NCBI GenBank assembly: GCA_041660065.1
Contig: JBAZXC010000001.1
Coordinates: forward strand, 136,535 to 200,534
DNA from: Parcubacteria group bacterium
Lineage (GTDB): Bacteria > Patescibacteriota > Minisyncoccia > Moranbacterales > GCA-2747515
Length of the DNA: 64,000 nucleotides
Direction of reading: 5' to 3'
Shown: positions 30,845-41,416 of the stretch, one piece after another
Layout of the letters: each line of letters starts with the position of its first letter
Position numbering within the stretch: the first letter of the stretch is position 1
The notes under the pieces: model-generated
The model's database searches: none
What the model was told of the DNA's origin: nothing
The model's input: the letters and a program-made list of their open reading frames with translations, nothing else
Translations under genes and position numbers: made by a program

Positions 30845-32005
30845 ATGAAAATAGGTATTGATGCGCGATGTTTTGCACAAGGCAAAAGAACCGGTGTAGA
30901 GGAATATGCGCAAAAATTATTAGAGGCGATCTTTCGCAATGATCCACATAATGAGTATGTGCTTTTTTTTAATGCTTTGCGACACAAAAACAGTGATTTT
31001 TCATGGGCGACAATTTTTCCGCATGTATCTGTCGTATCATTTGCGATTCCCAATAAGTTTCTCAATCTCAGTCTGTGGTTATTGCAGTATCCAAAAATTG
31101 ATCGTTTGTGCGGTGGCGTGGATTTGTTTTTTATGCCAAACAGTAATTTCATTTCACTGTCACGCGACGTGCCGCTTGTTTTGACGGTGCATGATCTTTC
31201 TTTTGCGCATTACAAAAGGACATTTTCATATAAACGCCGTTTGTGGCACTACTTTGTCAATCCGCGAAAACTCGTTGCGCGTGCCACGCACATCATGGCG
31301 GTTTCCGCATATACCAAAGAGGATCTCTGTAAAACCTATGGCAAAAAAAAGGAAATGGTCGCCGTTTCGTTAAATGGGACAACATCGATCAAAGGCCTCT
31401 TAAATCGCAATGATATCGAACTGATCGATGTAAAAAGAAAATACAATTTGCCATACAATTTCATTTTATATTTTGGTACGATTGAGCCACGCAAGAATAT
31501 TGTCGGCCTCGTGCGCGCATATGAGATCTTTCGTAAAAAAAATCCGCACATTACACCACATCTCGTGCTTGCAGGTTCGCGCGGATGGAATATGCACACA
31601 ATTGAATATGCAATTGCATCATCGTGTTTTTCCGCGGATATTCATGTGATCACAGATATTCCGGAAGAGGACAAGGAAGCATTTTATGCACTTGCCACCG
31701 TCTTCGTGTACCCGTCATTTTTTGAAGGATTCGGATTTCCGCCGTTGGAAGCGGCTCTGTGCAAAAAACCCATCATCATGTCACATACAACATCAATGCC
31801 GGAAGTGGTTGAGGAAGGCGTGATCATGATCGATCCATACCGCACAGAAGAACTTGTTGCGGCACTGCATGCCGTTTTTACGCAAAAAGAATTTACACAG
31901 TATAGCGAGAAAAGTAATACCGCTACGCTTAGGCACAAGTTCAGCTGGGATCGTAATGCGCGTGACTTTTTGCGGGTATGTTATGGCGGTGGCGGATCCA
32001 CATGA
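30845..32005 (+). CDS. Glycosyltransferase family 4
   Basis: MKIGIDARCFAQGKRTGVEEY…. C-terminal …VFVYPSFFEGFGFPPLEAALCKKPII…. The track ORF starts at 30818; the ATG at 30845 is preferred. Confidence 0.8.
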   Translation: MKIGIDARCFAQGKRTGVEEYAQKLLEAIFRNDPHNEYVLFFNALRHKNSDFSWATIFPHVSVVSFAIPNKFLNLSLWLLQYPKIDRLCGGVDLFFMPNSNFISLSRDVPLVLTVHDLSFAHYKRTFSYKRRLWHYFVNPRKLVARATHIMAVSAYTKEDLCKTYGKKKEMVAVSLNGTTSIKGLLNRNDIELIDVKRKYNLPYNFILYFGTIEPRKNIVGLVRAYEIFRKKNPHITPHLVLAGSRGWNMHTIEYAIASSCFSADIHVITDIPEEDKEAFYALATVFVYPSFFEGFGFPPLEAALCKKPIIMSHTTSMPEVVEEGVIMIDPYRTEELVAALHAVFTQKEFTQYSEKSNTATLRHKFSWDRNARDFLRVCYGGGGST

Positions 32006-32070
32006 GTGGGATAATGGCGTATGTGTGATTTTCTCCCATATTTGTGAAAATTTTGCTATACTATGAGTAT

Positions 32071-33192
32071 ATGCGAATAGGTATTGATGCACGTTTTTAT
32101 GGTCCGGACAGTAAGGGTTTGGGACGATATACACAAAAACTCATTGCACACATGGAAAAGATTGATCAGGAAAATGATTATATCATTTTTCTGCGTAGGG
32201 ATAATTATGACACATATGTGCCTCAAAATTCTCGTTTTCGGAAAGTGCTTGCCGATTTCCAGTGGTATAGTTTTAGTGAGCAAATATTTTTTCCGTTTGT
32301 TTTATACAAGCATCGATGCGATCTTGTGCATTTTCTGCATTTTAATGTGCCGATTTTGTATGTGAAGCGGCTGATCGTGACTATCCACGATCTCATTCTT
32401 TTGCGCTATCCGACACGTAAAGCATCAACACGAAATAGACTTTTTTATTGGATCAAATTTCTCTGTTATCGTATCGTGATCGCGTCAGCGGTTGCAAAAG
32501 CGTGGAAGATCATCGCGGTTTCACAATTTACAAAGACGGATATTTGTGCGCAATATCCGCGGACGTGCAAAAAGACGACAGTGATCTATGAGGCGGCAGA
32601 AGTGATCGATCAAAAGTTGATCGATTATAAGGAATTTTTTGCGCGATATGATATAATGAAGCCGTACATGCTGTATGTCGGCAATGCATATCCGCATAAG
32701 AATCTCTATAATCTTGTGGATGCGTTTGCTCTGTATGTCAAAAACGGTGGTGCGGTCAGCCGTATGGTTTTGGTTGGACGAGATGATTATTTTTATACGC
32801 GACTTGAGGAACATATTACGTCGCACGAGATTGAAAATATCATCATTCTTTATACAATTGATGATGCGCAATTGCATGCGCTCTATCGTCAGGCGACGAT
32901 GTTCGTTTTTCCGTCATTGTATGAAGGATTTGGTTTGCCGCCACTGGAGGCGCAATTGTTGAAAGTCCCGGTATTATCATCAGATCATCCATGCATGAAA
33001 GAAATTCTCTCCGAACAAGGAGCGATGTTTGTGGATGCATCGGATGTACCTGTTTTTGCGCAAGCAATGGAAGACATTGTATCGGATACAGTCCAACGAA
33101 ATAGACTCATTGTTGACGGCTATGAAAATGCGCGGAAATATTCATGGCGAAAAATGGCGATTCAAATACATAATATATATACAAAAAAATAA
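32071..33192 (+). CDS. Glycosyltransferase family 4
   Basis: MRIGIDARFYGPDSKGLGRYTQKL…. C-terminal …MFVFPSLYEGFGLPPLEAQLLKVPVL…. The track ORF starts at 32044. Confidence 0.8.
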   Translation: MRIGIDARFYGPDSKGLGRYTQKLIAHMEKIDQENDYIIFLRRDNYDTYVPQNSRFRKVLADFQWYSFSEQIFFPFVLYKHRCDLVHFLHFNVPILYVKRLIVTIHDLILLRYPTRKASTRNRLFYWIKFLCYRIVIASAVAKAWKIIAVSQFTKTDICAQYPRTCKKTTVIYEAAEVIDQKLIDYKEFFARYDIMKPYMLYVGNAYPHKNLYNLVDAFALYVKNGGAVSRMVLVGRDDYFYTRLEEHITSHEIENIIILYTIDDAQLHALYRQATMFVFPSLYEGFGLPPLEAQLLKVPVLSSDHPCMKEILSEQGAMFVDASDVPVFAQAMEDIVSDTVQRNRLIVDGYENARKYSWRKMAIQIHNIYTKK

Positions 33193-33194
33193 CG

Positions 33195-35633
33195 ATGGAT
33201 GGCGTTGTTCGCACAAAAAAATATACTGCACGCGCAAAACTCTCTAGGCATTTTTCTGTGGGAAATTATGGGGCAAAAAGTGCTTCTGCGCAAGAATCTC
33301 CTGCGTACCGTGTGTATCAGTTGGGAAAGCCATATGTGGCGTATGATGATTGCATTGGGAGTGATGTGCGCGATGGTTGTCCGATGACATACGATGCACG
33401 GACGATGCTTATGAAAAAGGAGGGGGATTTTGTGTTTTCCGGTGAATCGTCTTTACCACGTGATCTTGTTGATGTGGTCGATGAAGGAAAAGAGTGGGTG
33501 GAAGAAAGTGACTTTGCATATGATAATACAAAAGAGCAAGCCCGTTTTCGACTGAAAGACATTCCGGTTTTTGTCCATGAAAGCGTTTTACATCCACGGC
33601 ATATTTCTTTTCGTTACGCAGTAATCATGGGGTGCGCGGTTGTGTCTATAGGATTTTTTGTGTTCATAGGCACAGTGTATGCTGTGAGGGAGCATGTAAA
33701 TGATGCAACAGAGCGGGCGATCATTTCCATCAAATCGGCGATGGGCAGTATTGCGCAGAATGACTTCTCATCATCCGGAGAAGAATTGGATCACGCATAT
33801 CAGGATTTTGCATTTGCGTCTTCAGAAATGGGAAAGATCAATATGCTTGCAAAATATATTGCGCAATATGTACCGGGTGCATCACGTTTGGCAAGTGGTG
33901 ACCATATTATTGAGGCGGGAAAATTTCTGACACATACAGCAAAGGAGTTGCATAGCATCATTCCGGAGGTGATCACCGATGATCATAAGCTTGTATCGCC
34001 GGACGGAAAACATGTTTCTTTTTTGGCATTGTATCAACTTTTGGCGGATCGTATGGATATTGCGCGGTATGATCTCGCCGAAGCACAAAAACATATCGAT
34101 CAAGTATATATTGATGATGTGCCGGAGAAATACAGGGATACTTTTGTGCAGATGAAGACCATTTTACCTGAGATCAACACATCCCTGCGTCTGATCACAG
34201 AATCACGTCCCACAGTCGAGGATATGCTGGGTGCCAATGGTCCGCGCACGTATTTGTTGTTGTTTCAAAATAACAATGAAATGCGAGCCACTGGAGGGTT
34301 TATCGGCAGTTATGGTATTGTGAAGATCAATAATGGTCGCATCACACAAATGATGATCGATGATGTGTATAATCCCGACGGACAATTGATCGATCGTGTT
34401 GTGCCACCGCTACCGATCCAAAAAATATCGGCAAATTGGAGTATGCACGACAGTAATTGGTTTCCGAATTTCCCAACATCGGCAAAAAAAACCATGGATT
34501 TTTATGAACGATCCGGCGGTGCAACTGTCGATGGTGTCATTGCCATCACACCGGAACTGATGAAAAAACTTTTGGAAATCACCGGACCGGTCGCAGTGGA
34601 TGGGTACGATGTGACGTTGACAAGTGATAATTTCGTACAAATATTACAGGGTGAAATCGAAGATGAGAGTAACTATGTGTCAAAGACAGAAGAGTCTCTT
34701 GTAAAAAATGATAATAAAGAGGAGAAGAAGGAAGATGGTGATGCAAAAATTACAAAGAAGGAAAAACCAAAAAAGATCCTCTCGGATCTCATGCCGATCA
34801 TGATCGATCGTCTCTTTGATCGCAAGAGTCCGGAGCATCTCGCTGTGGTTGCACGTGTTGTGTCAGAGAGCCTCAAAGAACGACATATCATGATCTACAT
34901 GACAAAGCCGGAAGCGCAAAAGATCATAGAAAATAACGGATGGGGTGGATTGGTTGTGGATACGAGCAAGGATTATTTGAGTGTAGTAAATACCAATATC
35001 AATGGATTTAAAACAGACGGTGTGATCACAGAAACAATCTCGCACAACGCTGTGATCGATCAAGATGGTGCAATCGTTGATACTGTACAAATCAAACGGC
35101 AGCACATCGGCGGACACACGGGATACCCATGGTGGGATGCTGTCAATGCTGATTACATGCGTCTCTATGTGCCGAAGGGTTCAGAGTTGATCTCTGTAGA
35201 AGGTCAGACACGAGAAATCAATGAAGAACGGTTGGCATATGATGCATTGGGATATGAGCACGATCGTGATGTGAAAGAAGAAGAACAAAATATGCACATT
35301 GATGAGGAAACGGGAACGCGTATTTATGAACAGTCGGACAAAACGGTTTTTGCAAATTGGGTCTATGTTTCACCACAAGAAAGTGTAACGGTCACATATG
35401 TATATCGATTACCATTTCATGTTGATATGGCAGAGGATGAGGAAGGAAAGTTTGGTTCATATGCAGTTTTATTTCAGAAGCAATCCGGAAGTGTGAATTC
35501 GTCGATTGAGAGCACGATGGCATTGGATAAGAGTTTTACGCCAGTGTGGCAAGCACATGATCAAGGGGATGATGTTATGAGGGATGCATTGACGACTGAT
35601 CGATATAACGGCGTGGTTTTTCGCGTGGAATAA
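33195..35633 (+). CDS. DUF4012-domain protein (cell-envelope associated)
   Basis: One TM (…AVIMGCAVVSIGFFVFIGTVYAV…), then the DUF4012 core …PRTYLLLFQNNNEMRATGGFIGSYGIVKINNGRI…. A K/E-rich linker follows. Confidence 0.65.
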   Translation: MDGVVRTKKYTARAKLSRHFSVGNYGAKSASAQESPAYRVYQLGKPYVAYDDCIGSDVRDGCPMTYDARTMLMKKEGDFVFSGESSLPRDLVDVVDEGKEWVEESDFAYDNTKEQARFRLKDIPVFVHESVLHPRHISFRYAVIMGCAVVSIGFFVFIGTVYAVREHVNDATERAIISIKSAMGSIAQNDFSSSGEELDHAYQDFAFASSEMGKINMLAKYIAQYVPGASRLASGDHIIEAGKFLTHTAKELHSIIPEVITDDHKLVSPDGKHVSFLALYQLLADRMDIARYDLAEAQKHIDQVYIDDVPEKYRDTFVQMKTILPEINTSLRLITESRPTVEDMLGANGPRTYLLLFQNNNEMRATGGFIGSYGIVKINNGRITQMMIDDVYNPDGQLIDRVVPPLPIQKISANWSMHDSNWFPNFPTSAKKTMDFYERSGGATVDGVIAITPELMKKLLEITGPVAVDGYDVTLTSDNFVQILQGEIEDESNYVSKTEESLVKNDNKEEKKEDGDAKITKKEKPKKILSDLMPIMIDRLFDRKSPEHLAVVARVVSESLKERHIMIYMTKPEAQKIIENNGWGGLVVDTSKDYLSVVNTNINGFKTDGVITETISHNAVIDQDGAIVDTVQIKRQHIGGHTGYPWWDAVNADYMRLYVPKGSELISVEGQTREINEERLAYDALGYEHDRDVKEEEQNMHIDEETGTRIYEQSDKTVFANWVYVSPQESVTVTYVYRLPFHVDMAEDEEGKFGSYAVLFQKQSGSVNSSIESTMALDKSFTPVWQAHDQGDDVMRDALTTDRYNGVVFRVE

Positions 35634-35712
35634 TAATGACGAAAATGCTTGCAAAATAGTGAAAAGATGCCTATAGTATGATGTGATCAGGTAAAAATAT
35701 TTACGAAAGGAT

Positions 35713-37347
35713 ATGATCGCCAATTTCAAAAAAACTATCATAAAATCATCACGGGAATCAATTGCCGCAGCTGCAGCAATTGTTGCATTTTTTGGTATCC
35801 TCAGTCGACTCTTGGGGGTGGTGCGTGATCGTGTTTTGGCTGGGCAATTTGGTGCCGGGGACACTCTGGACGCATATTATGCGGCATTTCGATTGCCGGA
35901 CCTCACATTTGAGCTTTTGGTGGTGGGTGCGCTTGCCGCAGCGTTTATTCCAATTTTTAGTAAATTGATCGCTAAAGAAGATGGTCATGACGATGCCTGT
36001 ATTTATGCAAGTGGCGTTTTGACAGTGATTGTATTTTCCGTAGCCGTGTTGGCCGTAGTGGGCATGGTGTTTGCACCATTTTTTATCCACATCATGGCAC
36101 CGGGTTTTCCTGCTGACAAAATGGCTGACACTGTCCGTTTGTCGCGTATCATGTTTATCAGTCCGATATTTCTATCGGCAAGCGCTGTTTTAGGAGGGGT
36201 TTTGGTATCATTTCGTCGGTTTCTGATCTATTCGATGGCACCGATCTTTTATAACATTGGGATTATCATCGGTGCAGTATTTTTTACGAAATATATTGGT
36301 CTGATCGGTCTGGCGTGGGGTGTGATTTTTGGTGCCATTTTGCATTTTGTAATTCATATCGTTGCGGTACGATCTGTACATTTTCGCTTTCTCTTTTTTC
36401 GGGAAATGCCGTATCGCAATAGTGATGTGCGCAAAACGATCGCACTTATGTTGCCACGTATGTTTTCAAGCGCCTCCAATCAACTATCGCTTCTTCTTGT
36501 GACATTCTTTGCATCGACACTTGCTTCTGGTAGCGTGACGATCTTTACATTTGCCAATAATGTGCAAAGTGTTGTTTTGGGCCTGATCGGTGTGCCATTT
36601 GCTCTCGCCGCCTTTCCTGTATTGAGCAATAAGTTTGCTATCGGAGACACGGAAGCGTTTACAGGCGTCTTGTCACAAACACTTCGCAGGATCTTATATT
36701 ATTCTGTGCCGCTTAGTATGATCTTTTTTGTTTTACGCGAACAGATCGTGAGGATCGTATTTGGTACGGGACAATTCAATTTGGAGAATACGATTTTCAC
36801 ATATCAAGTTTTGGGCATCTTATGTATTAGTCTTTTTGCACAAAGCGTGACGCCTCTTCTTGCACGTGGTTTTTATGCGATGCAAGATACCAAAACACCA
36901 TTTTATATCGCTCTTGCGAGCCAGATATTAAATGCATGCATGATCGTTGTTTTGATCCGTGACATGAAAATTTATGCGATCGCGATCGCGTTTTCGATCA
37001 CAGCTGTTATTAATGCGGGATTGCTCTTTGCGTATTTGCATCGGTCGATCAATGATGGGGAATATCGCGATACATTGCGCACGTTTATGCAAATCCTCAT
37101 CGCGACATTTGTTACTGTTGTTTTAACTTTTTTTGCACGAAATATATTGGGATATTATTTGCCGTTGCGGTATGTGTGGGGTGTTTTGGGGCAATTGGTT
37201 GGTGCGGGAAGCGTTGGCGCAATATCTTATCTTTTTGTAACGGCGGTATTTGGTGTCAAAGAATTTGAAACGATCAGAAAAAAGATCATCATTCGCATAT
37301 TCGGACGTACGCAAGTTGCTTCGGAGGAACAAAATATTGCGCGATAG
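35713..37347 (+). CDS. murJ: Lipid II flippase MurJ (MviN)
   Basis: …LSRLLGVVRDRVLAGQFGAGDTLDAYYAAFRLPDLTFELLVVGALAAAFIPIFS… is the MurJ N-terminal signature. 14 TM helices; 544 aa. Confidence 0.85.
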   Translation: MIANFKKTIIKSSRESIAAAAAIVAFFGILSRLLGVVRDRVLAGQFGAGDTLDAYYAAFRLPDLTFELLVVGALAAAFIPIFSKLIAKEDGHDDACIYASGVLTVIVFSVAVLAVVGMVFAPFFIHIMAPGFPADKMADTVRLSRIMFISPIFLSASAVLGGVLVSFRRFLIYSMAPIFYNIGIIIGAVFFTKYIGLIGLAWGVIFGAILHFVIHIVAVRSVHFRFLFFREMPYRNSDVRKTIALMLPRMFSSASNQLSLLLVTFFASTLASGSVTIFTFANNVQSVVLGLIGVPFALAAFPVLSNKFAIGDTEAFTGVLSQTLRRILYYSVPLSMIFFVLREQIVRIVFGTGQFNLENTIFTYQVLGILCISLFAQSVTPLLARGFYAMQDTKTPFYIALASQILNACMIVVLIRDMKIYAIAIAFSITAVINAGLLFAYLHRSINDGEYRDTLRTFMQILIATFVTVVLTFFARNILGYYLPLRYVWGVLGQLVGAGSVGAISYLFVTAVFGVKEFETIRKKIIIRIFGRTQVASEEQNIAR

Positions 37348-37350
37348 TGC

Positions 37351-38313
37351 TTATCGCAAGAAAGTGATCCAAAAAGGTAATGTGAGAATTGCGAATGTTG
37401 TGCTCAATACGATCGATCGGGCGATGAAATTTTTGTCCAATTTATATTGATCGGCGAGAGCAAACGGTGTGACACCCAGTGGCATCGCGGATTCAAGGAT
37501 CGATAAAACGTGTTCTGATGGCGCTATGCGGAAAAAAATCAGACCAAAATAAAATAATGCCGGAAGGATCATCAGTGATGCAAATGAAAAGATGGCAACA
37601 GGATACCAATCACGCAGGTTGCCGCGTGTGGATTGTCCGATAAATACACCGATGATGATCAGGACAACCGGCGTGACGGAAGCAACGAGCATCGTAAATG
37701 CCGTGTTGAGAATTGTCGGAATGGGGAGATGCAGTACGCTTATGAGTATGCCACAAAATACGGCGATGAGCATCGGATTTGTGCAAAGAATTTTTACGAT
37801 GGTCTTGACGACGGATGTAGTAGATGTTCGGCGTGTGAGCTCTAAATATCCCACACCGATGCCAAACAATCCAAAAAGATATACAGCAACGATCAGGCTG
37901 AGTTGCGGGAGGATCGTGTTATCAAAAACGCTTGTGAGGAGGGGAATCCCGAGATAGGCGACATTGCTAAACATGAGACAGACAATAACTGTATCGCGCA
38001 GTTCTTGTGTGAGGCGGAAAATGTGTCCGATACCATAGGAAAGAATGAGAACAAAGATGATAAATGCAAAGTTTATAAGGATCAGGCGCAGTTCTGTGGA
38101 GAGTGAAAACGTTGTTTTTGCAAGGGATGTAAAAATGAGAAGGGGCAAGCCGATCTTGAGAACGAACTGATTGAGATTTTCGGACCAATCTTCTTTGATA
38201 AAATTGATATACCGTAAGAACGCCGCACCAAAAATAATGAAAAATAGCGGCGCAATGATCAAAAATACTTCACGCATACTCTTATAAAAATAGTAAAACA
38301 CATTATGAGGCAA
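37351..38313 (-). CDS. AEC-family (auxin efflux carrier-like) transporter
   Basis: 10-TM protein with the AEC pattern (…LLIFTSLAKT… N-terminal half repeated in the C-terminal half). Confidence 0.7.
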   Translation of the reverse strand: MPHNVFYYFYKSMREVFLIIAPLFFIIFGAAFLRYINFIKEDWSENLNQFVLKIGLPLLIFTSLAKTTFSLSTELRLILINFAFIIFVLILSYGIGHIFRLTQELRDTVIVCLMFSNVAYLGIPLLTSVFDNTILPQLSLIVAVYLFGLFGIGVGYLELTRRTSTTSVVKTIVKILCTNPMLIAVFCGILISVLHLPIPTILNTAFTMLVASVTPVVLIIIGVFIGQSTRGNLRDWYPVAIFSFASLMILPALFYFGLIFFRIAPSEHVLSILESAMPLGVTPFALADQYKLDKNFIARSIVLSTTFAILTLPFWITFLR

Positions 38314-38415
38314 TGATCCTCTTTGTCAATTATACCATATTTTTTGTTATGAGCGTTTGAAAAAAAACCCAAAGTGCGATAAGGTTAGGATATACAATTT
38401 TACTACATCTAAATT

Positions 38416-41382
38416 ATGGAGCGATACGAACATCAAAAGATCGAGGCAAAATGGCGAGAAGCGTGGACTGCTGCCAATGTGTACAAAACGACAGAGGATC
38501 CGAAAAAAGAGAAATTCTACATTCTCGATATGTTTCCGTATCCGTCAGGTGACGGTTTGCACGTAGGTCATCCCAAGGGATACATTGCAACAGATGTGAT
38601 CTCGCGGTACAAAAAAATGAATAACTTCAATGTATTGCATCCGATGGGGTGGGATGCTTTTGGACTTCCGGCAGAGCAATATGCACTCAAAAATAAAATG
38701 CACCCAAAGATCGCGACAGATCACAATATTGCAACGTTTAAAAAGCAGTTAGAAAAGATCTCGCTGAACTATGATTGGGAACGAGAGATTTCCACAATAG
38801 ATCCATCGTTTTACAAATGGACCCAGTGGACGTTTATCCGCATGTTCAAAAAAGGATTGGTGTTTCAATCCAATGAGCCGATCAACTGGTGTCCGTCATG
38901 CAAGACGGGACTTGCCAATGAGGATCTGGAAAATGGTGCGTGTGAACGATGTGGTACGCCGATCGAAAAGAAAAAGATCCCGCAATGGGTGATCAAGATC
39001 ACGGATTATGCGGACAGACTTCTCGCTGATCTGGATAAACTTGAATGGCAAGATCACATCAAAGAATTGCAACGCAATTGGATCGGACGATCAGAGGGTG
39101 CAAAAATTCAATTCAAAATTACATGTCATCCTGAACTTGTTTCAGGATCTCAAACGAATGAACAGTTATATATTGACGTATTTACCACGCGTCCGGATAC
39201 GCTTTTTGGTGCAACCTATATGGTACTCGCTCCTGAACATCCACTTGTTGATAAATTTCTCTCTTGTCATGCTGAACTTGTTTCAGCATCTCAGGCTGAT
39301 GCAAAAGAGATCCTGAAACAAGTTCAGGATGACAAAAAAAACTGTTATTGTGCTATTTTAAATGATGGCGAAGTTCGACAATATCAAAAACAAACGCTTA
39401 CAAAGACAGAGATCGAGCGCACGACAGAAGGACGAGAAAAAACCGGTGTGAAGCTCGAGGGTGTGATGGCGATCAATCCTGCGAATGGTGCGGAGATCCC
39501 GATCTACATCGCGGATTATGTCTTGGCTGATTATGGCACAGGCGCGATCATGGCGGTGCCGGCACACGATGAAAGGGATTGGGAGTTTGCAAAGAGATAT
39601 GATATTCCGATCGTGCAAGTGGTTGCCGAACTGGATGAAACCAAAGGAAAGTATACGGTACGTGATGATAAGAAAAGTGAAGAGCGACGTAGTATCACTG
39701 TCATTATCAAGCATTGGGCAGAGGATAGATATTATTGTCTCGATTGGCGAAAATCTGATAATGACTGGACGAGTTTTGTGATCGGCGGAGTTGAGGATGG
39801 TGAGACGATCGAAGAAACGGCAGTGCGTGAGGCGCGAGAGGAAACGGGGTATCAAAATATGCGTGTCGTGCGTCGTGTAGGTCAGGTGATCCGCAGTCGA
39901 TTTTTTGCAGCGCACAAAGATATCAATATGAAAGACGCGGTACGTGAGTGTGTCTATCTCGAACTCATAGACGATGCATTTATTGCACCGGATGAAAAGC
40001 ATACAAAAAATCATGATGGCATGTGGATAGAAAAAGAAGACGTTGATGAGTTTCTCAATCTTCCTGCACAAAAAACGTATTGGCGGCAATTTCTCACGGG
40101 TGAAGACGTGTATACTGGTAGTGGCGTGATGATGAATTCCGGAGAGTTTGATGGTATGGATAGTGAAGAAGCTAAAAAGGCAATTACAGAAAAAGTGGGC
40201 GGGGAGATGACGGTGAATTACAAATTGCGCGATTGGGTATTTTCTCGCCAACGATATTGGGGTGAGCCGATCCCGCTCATTCACTGTGCGAAATGTGGTG
40301 TCGTGCCAGTACCGGAAGAAGAACTGCCTTTGACACTTCCTGAAGTTGATAACTATGAACCGACAGGCACGGGCGAGTCACCGCTTGCGGCGATTTCTGA
40401 TTGGGTCAACACAGTTTGTCCCACATGCGGAGGAGAAGCAAAGCGTGAGACCAATACGATGCCACAATGGGCTGGGTCAAGTTGGTATCACCTGCGTTAT
40501 ATCGATCCCAAAAACGATACGGCAATTATTGATAAAGACAAAGATGCATACTGGTCGCCAGTCGATTTTTATGTAGGTGGTGCAGAGCATGCGACGAGAC
40601 ATCTCATCTACGCGCGATTCTGGCACAAGTTCCTCTTTGATATCGGTGCGGTCGCCTATGATGAGCCATACAAAAAATTACAGACAGTCGGACTGATCAT
40701 GGCAGAGGATGGACGCAAGATGTCCAAGCGATGGGGCAATGTGATCAATCCGGATGAAGTGATCGATCGCTTTGGCTCTGATACATTTCGCATGTATGAA
40801 ATGTTCATGGGACCATTTGACGCAACCGTTGCGTGGAGCACGGAGAGTTTGATCGGTCCGCGCAAATTCCTCGAACGTTTGTGGAAATTTTTTGGCAATG
40901 GATTCACCGGCAATTCAGATCCTCAGATCCAGAAAGTATTGCACAAAACGATCAAAAAGGTGGGCGAGGATATCGATGCGATGAAATACAATACAGCGAT
41001 CGCACAGATGATGATCCTCATGAACACAATGGAAAAACACAAAACAATGACAACGGGAGATATGGAGAAATTTCTCCTTATCCTCTCACCGTTCTGTCCG
41101 CACATTACGCAAGAATTATGGTCGCAGTTGGGTCGTGATTCATTCATCTTGCAAGAGCAGTGGCCAATGTATGATGCGGAAAAGATCATCGATGACGAGA
41201 TCACGCTCGCAGTGCAAGTAAACGGCAAAGTGCGCGATCAGATCACCGTGAGTGCGGATATCACAGAAGAGGACGCCAAGGCACAAGCGCTTGCAAGTGA
41301 AAAGATCCAAAAATACACCGCCGGCAAAGACCCAAAAAAGATCATCTTTGTAAAAGGGAAGTTGATTAGTATCGTTGTGTAA
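38416..41382 (+). CDS. leuS: Leucyl-tRNA synthetase with an inserted Nudix hydrolase domain
   Basis: HIGH (HVGHPKGY), CP1 editing domain (TTRPDTLFGATYMVLAPEHP…AVPAHDERDWEFAKRYDIPI), KMSKS (KMSKRWGN), anticodon-binding domain. Between …YDIPIVQVVAE and …NSGEFDGMDSEEAK (E. coli has ~20 aa here) lies a ~160-aa insertion with a perfect Nudix box GGVEDGETIEETAVREAREETGY. Confidence 0.9.
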   Translation: MERYEHQKIEAKWREAWTAANVYKTTEDPKKEKFYILDMFPYPSGDGLHVGHPKGYIATDVISRYKKMNNFNVLHPMGWDAFGLPAEQYALKNKMHPKIATDHNIATFKKQLEKISLNYDWEREISTIDPSFYKWTQWTFIRMFKKGLVFQSNEPINWCPSCKTGLANEDLENGACERCGTPIEKKKIPQWVIKITDYADRLLADLDKLEWQDHIKELQRNWIGRSEGAKIQFKITCHPELVSGSQTNEQLYIDVFTTRPDTLFGATYMVLAPEHPLVDKFLSCHAELVSASQADAKEILKQVQDDKKNCYCAILNDGEVRQYQKQTLTKTEIERTTEGREKTGVKLEGVMAINPANGAEIPIYIADYVLADYGTGAIMAVPAHDERDWEFAKRYDIPIVQVVAELDETKGKYTVRDDKKSEERRSITVIIKHWAEDRYYCLDWRKSDNDWTSFVIGGVEDGETIEETAVREAREETGYQNMRVVRRVGQVIRSRFFAAHKDINMKDAVRECVYLELIDDAFIAPDEKHTKNHDGMWIEKEDVDEFLNLPAQKTYWRQFLTGEDVYTGSGVMMNSGEFDGMDSEEAKKAITEKVGGEMTVNYKLRDWVFSRQRYWGEPIPLIHCAKCGVVPVPEEELPLTLPEVDNYEPTGTGESPLAAISDWVNTVCPTCGGEAKRETNTMPQWAGSSWYHLRYIDPKNDTAIIDKDKDAYWSPVDFYVGGAEHATRHLIYARFWHKFLFDIGAVAYDEPYKKLQTVGLIMAEDGRKMSKRWGNVINPDEVIDRFGSDTFRMYEMFMGPFDATVAWSTESLIGPRKFLERLWKFFGNGFTGNSDPQIQKVLHKTIKKVGEDIDAMKYNTAIAQMMILMNTMEKHKTMTTGDMEKFLLILSPFCPHITQELWSQLGRDSFILQEQWPMYDAEKIIDDEITLAVQVNGKVRDQITVSADITEEDAKAQALASEKIQKYTAGKDPKKIIFVKGKLISIVV

Positions 41383-41389
41383 TTATTTT

Positions 41390-41416
41390 AAGCACCTCAA
41401 AAGAGGTGTTTTAAAA
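41390..41416 (+). terminator. Rho-independent terminator after leuS
   Basis: GCACCTC-aaaa-GAGGTGT followed by TTT. Confidence 0.55.
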
